This document shows, in pieces, positions 63,661 through 64,000 of a DNA stretch of 64,000 bases; position 1 is the first letter of the stretch; every line of letters starts with the position of its first letter. A program made the translations under genes and the position numbers. The stretch is from NCBI GenBank assembly GCA_965153285.1, contig OZ229111.1; one strand, given 5' to 3'. The stretch is from Podarcis tiliguerta (taxonomy: Eukaryota). A model generated the notes under the pieces. The model was not told the origin of the DNA. It ran no database searches and was given only the letters and a program-made list of their open reading frames with translations.

Positions 63661-64000
63661 ACATTCCTGGAATGTCACCAGAATATGTGGGGCACAATGT
63701 TATCAGGATGCCAATGGCACCCAGCACTACTTATCTATTAAATCTGGGTCAGGAGAGGCTATGCACAATCGGAACCAGTGCCTTGACACAATGGGGGTTA
63801 GTGAATATATGATATGACTCTGAGCTGTATGGATCGAAAGTCACACAAGGTGGTTAGGCTCACTCAAGATTTCTGACTACTTTTAGGTACATAAGAAGCT
63901 GATTTATACCACGTTTATCTAGCTCAGTATGTGTCCAGCTGTAGGGGAAGATACAGAAAAGCACTTCCCCCATTTGTGTGCCCCAGCAATTGGTATTAAG

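Overview
Vertebrate genomic DNA, almost certainly a squamate reptile and probably a lacertid lizard (Sauria SINE, BovB/RTE LINE, Squam-type tRNA SINEs, L2 and L1). The left 46 kb holds an apparently complete SEPTIN8 gene on the minus strand: a CpG-island promoter at about 44.8-46.0 kb, ATG at 45477, nine phase-consistent coding exons (30, 115, 196, 187, 162, 97, 169, 133 and 191 nt), a GC-AG intron 3 and a terminal exon at 3489 giving ...KDKDKKN* (427 aa). After exon 9 there are up to four candidate C-terminal endings: read-through KKK*, a 96-aa Cys-rich tail containing QCCLC (5626-5917), a 92-nt exon with an early TAG (4327-4418), and the N* terminal exon. The right 18 kb is intergenic and rich in transposable elements. 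It includes a degenerate Chapaev3-type DNA transposon in a nested stack (L2 host, L1 fragment, Chapaev3, Tigger-like MITE) and a BovB copy with a 5' inversion. There is one 132-nt assembly gap. No prokaryotic-type system or CRISPR array is present. All comparisons to mammalian proteins and TE families come from recalled knowledge and need database confirmation.
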